Positions 61,342 through 64,000 of a DNA stretch of 64,000 bases are shown here, piece after piece. The first letter of the stretch is position 1. Every line of letters starts with the position of its first letter. Source of the DNA: Xylographa opegraphella (Eukaryota); assembly GCA_022813865.1 (NCBI GenBank), contig JALDZX010000031.1, positions 1 to 64,000 of the forward strand. Direction: 5' to 3'. Position numbers and translations under genes: made by a program. The notes beneath the pieces were generated by a model. It saw nothing but the letters and a program-made list of their open reading frames with translations. It made no database searches and had not been told where the DNA came from.

Positions 61342-63860
61342 ATGGCCGTGAAGGCGGCGACCCCGTTAGCAGTGCTGCTTTTTGTAGCATTTGTACTTCT
61401 GCTTCTTTCCACCATTTCAACGCCCATTGTGAAAGGGATACCGCTTGCATCTTTCCAAGGCGTGAACTATGGAGTCTTTGGCTTCTGTCAAGGTAATAAT
61501 GGCTGCAGTGGGATTAAAGTCGGGTACACTCAAAGTAAGTTGTTATGCAACCGTCCTCAGAATTGGATTGACTGGTCACCTGTAAGAGACCAAATTATGT
61601 GAATCGGCAACTGACACTCCATGATCCGCAGGTACCAACTCGAACTTTACTCTTTCTCCCAGCACGCGACACTCCTTATCGGCGATCCTCATTGTGCACC
61701 CGGTAGCAGCCTTTCTTACGTTGGTATGCTTTGGCCTGGCCATTGCAACCCATTTTCATGGGCCCAATCACTCCACAAGATACCTTTTAGGCCTCGTTAT
61801 CATGTTACTTCCGACCCTACTCATAACATTATTGGCACTACTTATCGACATTCTGCTCTTCATCCCGCATCTGGCATGGGGAGGATACATTGTGATTGCG
61901 GCGACAGTCCTCATCTTGATAAGCGGTATCATGACATGTGGTATGCGCAGAACATTAGTGAGCCGAAAAGCAAGACAGAAGAGAATAGCAGAAAACGCGG
62001 AGATGAATGGAGATAATTACTATGGCCGACAGGAGGGACTCAAAGCCGATTCCCCACCCCCGTTGAACCAACAACCCACCGCTCCAATGGTCAATGGGAC
62101 AGTTGGAGCAGACTCTCTGCCTAGTTTTGCTAGCTTCGATACTAAACAAGCCGGTCGGATGAGCGAGGACGACAGAATTCCTCTGAACAGGAGGACACTG
62201 TCCAATCCTAGCACATCCAATGGTACAAGGCCTGGTGATGATGGACTGGACAGATACGGAGCTCCGGTGCGAGGAGGGATGGGGGGGATGCGAGGTAGAG
62301 GTGGCAGAATGTATAATGGGCCTCGCGATGAGTTCGGAAATCCCCTTCCACCTTCACCTGCTTTCGGTCCTGGTCCTGGTGGCCGGCGATCCTCAGACGA
62401 GCAAGGCATGCGACACCAATATTCGAACGAAACTATGAATTCTCAGACTTCGCGTGGGCGTGGTCGTGGAGGTTATCCACCTCGTGGCTATGGGCGAGGT
62501 GGACCCTATGGTGCAAGAGGTGGAGGATTCGGAGGGCGAGGAGGACCGGGAATGTATGGGAACGGTCGTGGTGGAATACCTTTGGGTCAAATGGCTGCTG
62601 GTGTGGGGGCAGGTATGGTCGCTGGCGAGATGATGGACCATGACCGGCGAGGTCCCCCGCCTGGGTACGGTAATGGGTATCCACCTCCAGGAAGAGGCGG
62701 GATGGGTCGGAACCAGTCACCTGCCGGATATGGACCGCCAGGAGGATATGCTCGAAGACAATCCCCAGGACGACCACCACCTCCAGGCTATGGTCCACCT
62801 GGCCAAGGCGTATTTGGATATGGCCGGGATCGATCAGCATCAAATGGACCTCAATACAGACGTGAATCGCCTCCACAAGCATTGAACTTACATCCAGATG
62901 AAGCACCAGGTATTGGTCAAGCTGTAGAAATGGATGCTACAACTGGAAGCCCATCTCAATCAGCCGGCTTCCCTGGCCATCCACTTCGTGAAAGCGACAG
63001 CGACGTCCAAGGACTCGTTGGACTACAGCAGAATAGGATTGGTAGTCCATTACGTGACATCCCTATGAGCCCCACAAGCCAATACAGTGCCCCTGGGTAA
63101 GTTCCTCCGCTCGCAGGAGTTTCTCCTCAGCATCGTATGTCTTTGGCTAATTTAATATAGCGAGTATGTTGCACCCCGTGCTGCTTGGGCTGGTGGTCCT
63201 GGCCGTAATGGTACTCCCCCACTCGCTCAACGGCTTAACCAGTCTCCGATAGAACTGACAGCTCGACATTCGCCACCCCAAATCCAAAACCAGCCGCAGA
63301 TGCATTCACCTACCCATGCGCGTATGAACTCTGCCGATAACTACTATGAGGATGTTGATCCACGATTTGCGGAACCACCCACCGACAACCAAACTGTGAT
63401 CCCAGCATTACTCATGCCAGGTCGAACCGATGATCACCCTCCTGCTCATGGAATAGGCATGCAGTACCAACCACAGGAGCAGCAGCCACACCACCTTAGC
63501 GTTGCTCAAAGCCAAGGCCCAAGGCAACACCTCGAACCTACTTCGTCGTACGAGAGTTTTGAAGACTCGCGCTCGCCAGCCGAAAGTGACATGACCAGTA
63601 TCAGTCGGCGGGGAGTGAATCCGGACTGGAAACCAGGGCCCGGTCCAGGACAAGGAGGTTCAGGTGCAGGGGGACCTCCAGGACCCGGAGTTTATGGTGG
63701 CAACAATGGAGCCAATGGTACTTATGTCATAGGTGGAGGCCCCCTACCAAATAGGAGACCCATCGGACAACCACAACGACCGGATGTTCTTGCTGGAAAT
63801 CCAGACTTCGAGCTTGGGCCGAGGCAAGGCACTGGCGTAGCGAGGAGGGGATTGATGTAA
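61342..63860 (+). CDS. palI: pH-response membrane protein PalI/Rim9 (SUR7 family) with a long low-complexity tail, 3 exons
   Basis: ATPLAVLLFVAFVLLLLSTISTPIVKGIPLA, YGVFGFC, LIVHPVAAF, LIDILLFIPHLAWGG and RRTLVSRKARQKRIAENAEM. Introns at 61535-61631 and about 63097-63160. Confidence 0.92.
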
Positions 63861-64000
63861 GAGAGGTGAAGCTCGGGAAAACAGGGCCCTCCAGAGAGGT
63901 GTGTGTGTATTAAGTGTGTTCAATTCTTTCAAATATGGGTCGGTTTCATATATCGTATGTCGTGGCTTGTAGTTGGCTATGGCTAACGCTAACAATGCCT

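Noticed and set aside
61588..61599. Possible 12-nt microexon inside palI intron 1
   Set aside because: It would leave a downstream intron of only about 32 nt, and the single 97-nt intron already restores the frame.

Overview
Gene-dense eukaryotic DNA from a filamentous ascomycete (Pezizomycotina-type proteins; short spliceosomal introns with CTRAY branch points). The species cannot be determined from the window. About 20 intact multi-exon genes were reconstructed by eye: a HerA/VirB4-like P-loop ATPase, CAB2, a Zn2Cys6 transcription factor, a coiled-coil protein, an RBM5/10-like splicing factor, MOCS2B/cnxH, an acetyl-CoA transporter, MCM21/CENP-O, ATG29, YAE1, a large disordered protein, SCO1, a divergent pair of small uncharacterised genes, a DUF3433-type membrane protein, an F-box protein, a CBM18-bearing AA5 copper radical oxidase, an ABC1/ADCK kinase and palI. 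There is also a HeLo-like/NACHT NLR gene interrupted by one in-frame TGA at a Trp position, and several probable gene relics. No rRNA, tRNA, CRISPR array or intact transposase was recognised. The most interesting items are the divergent beta-propeller/unknown gene pair, the stop-interrupted NLR, the HerA-like ATPase, unusual splicing (many AAG acceptors, a GC donor, a possibly lost donor, microexons) and a small hairpin-repeat array. All family assignments are from motif recognition, not database searches.
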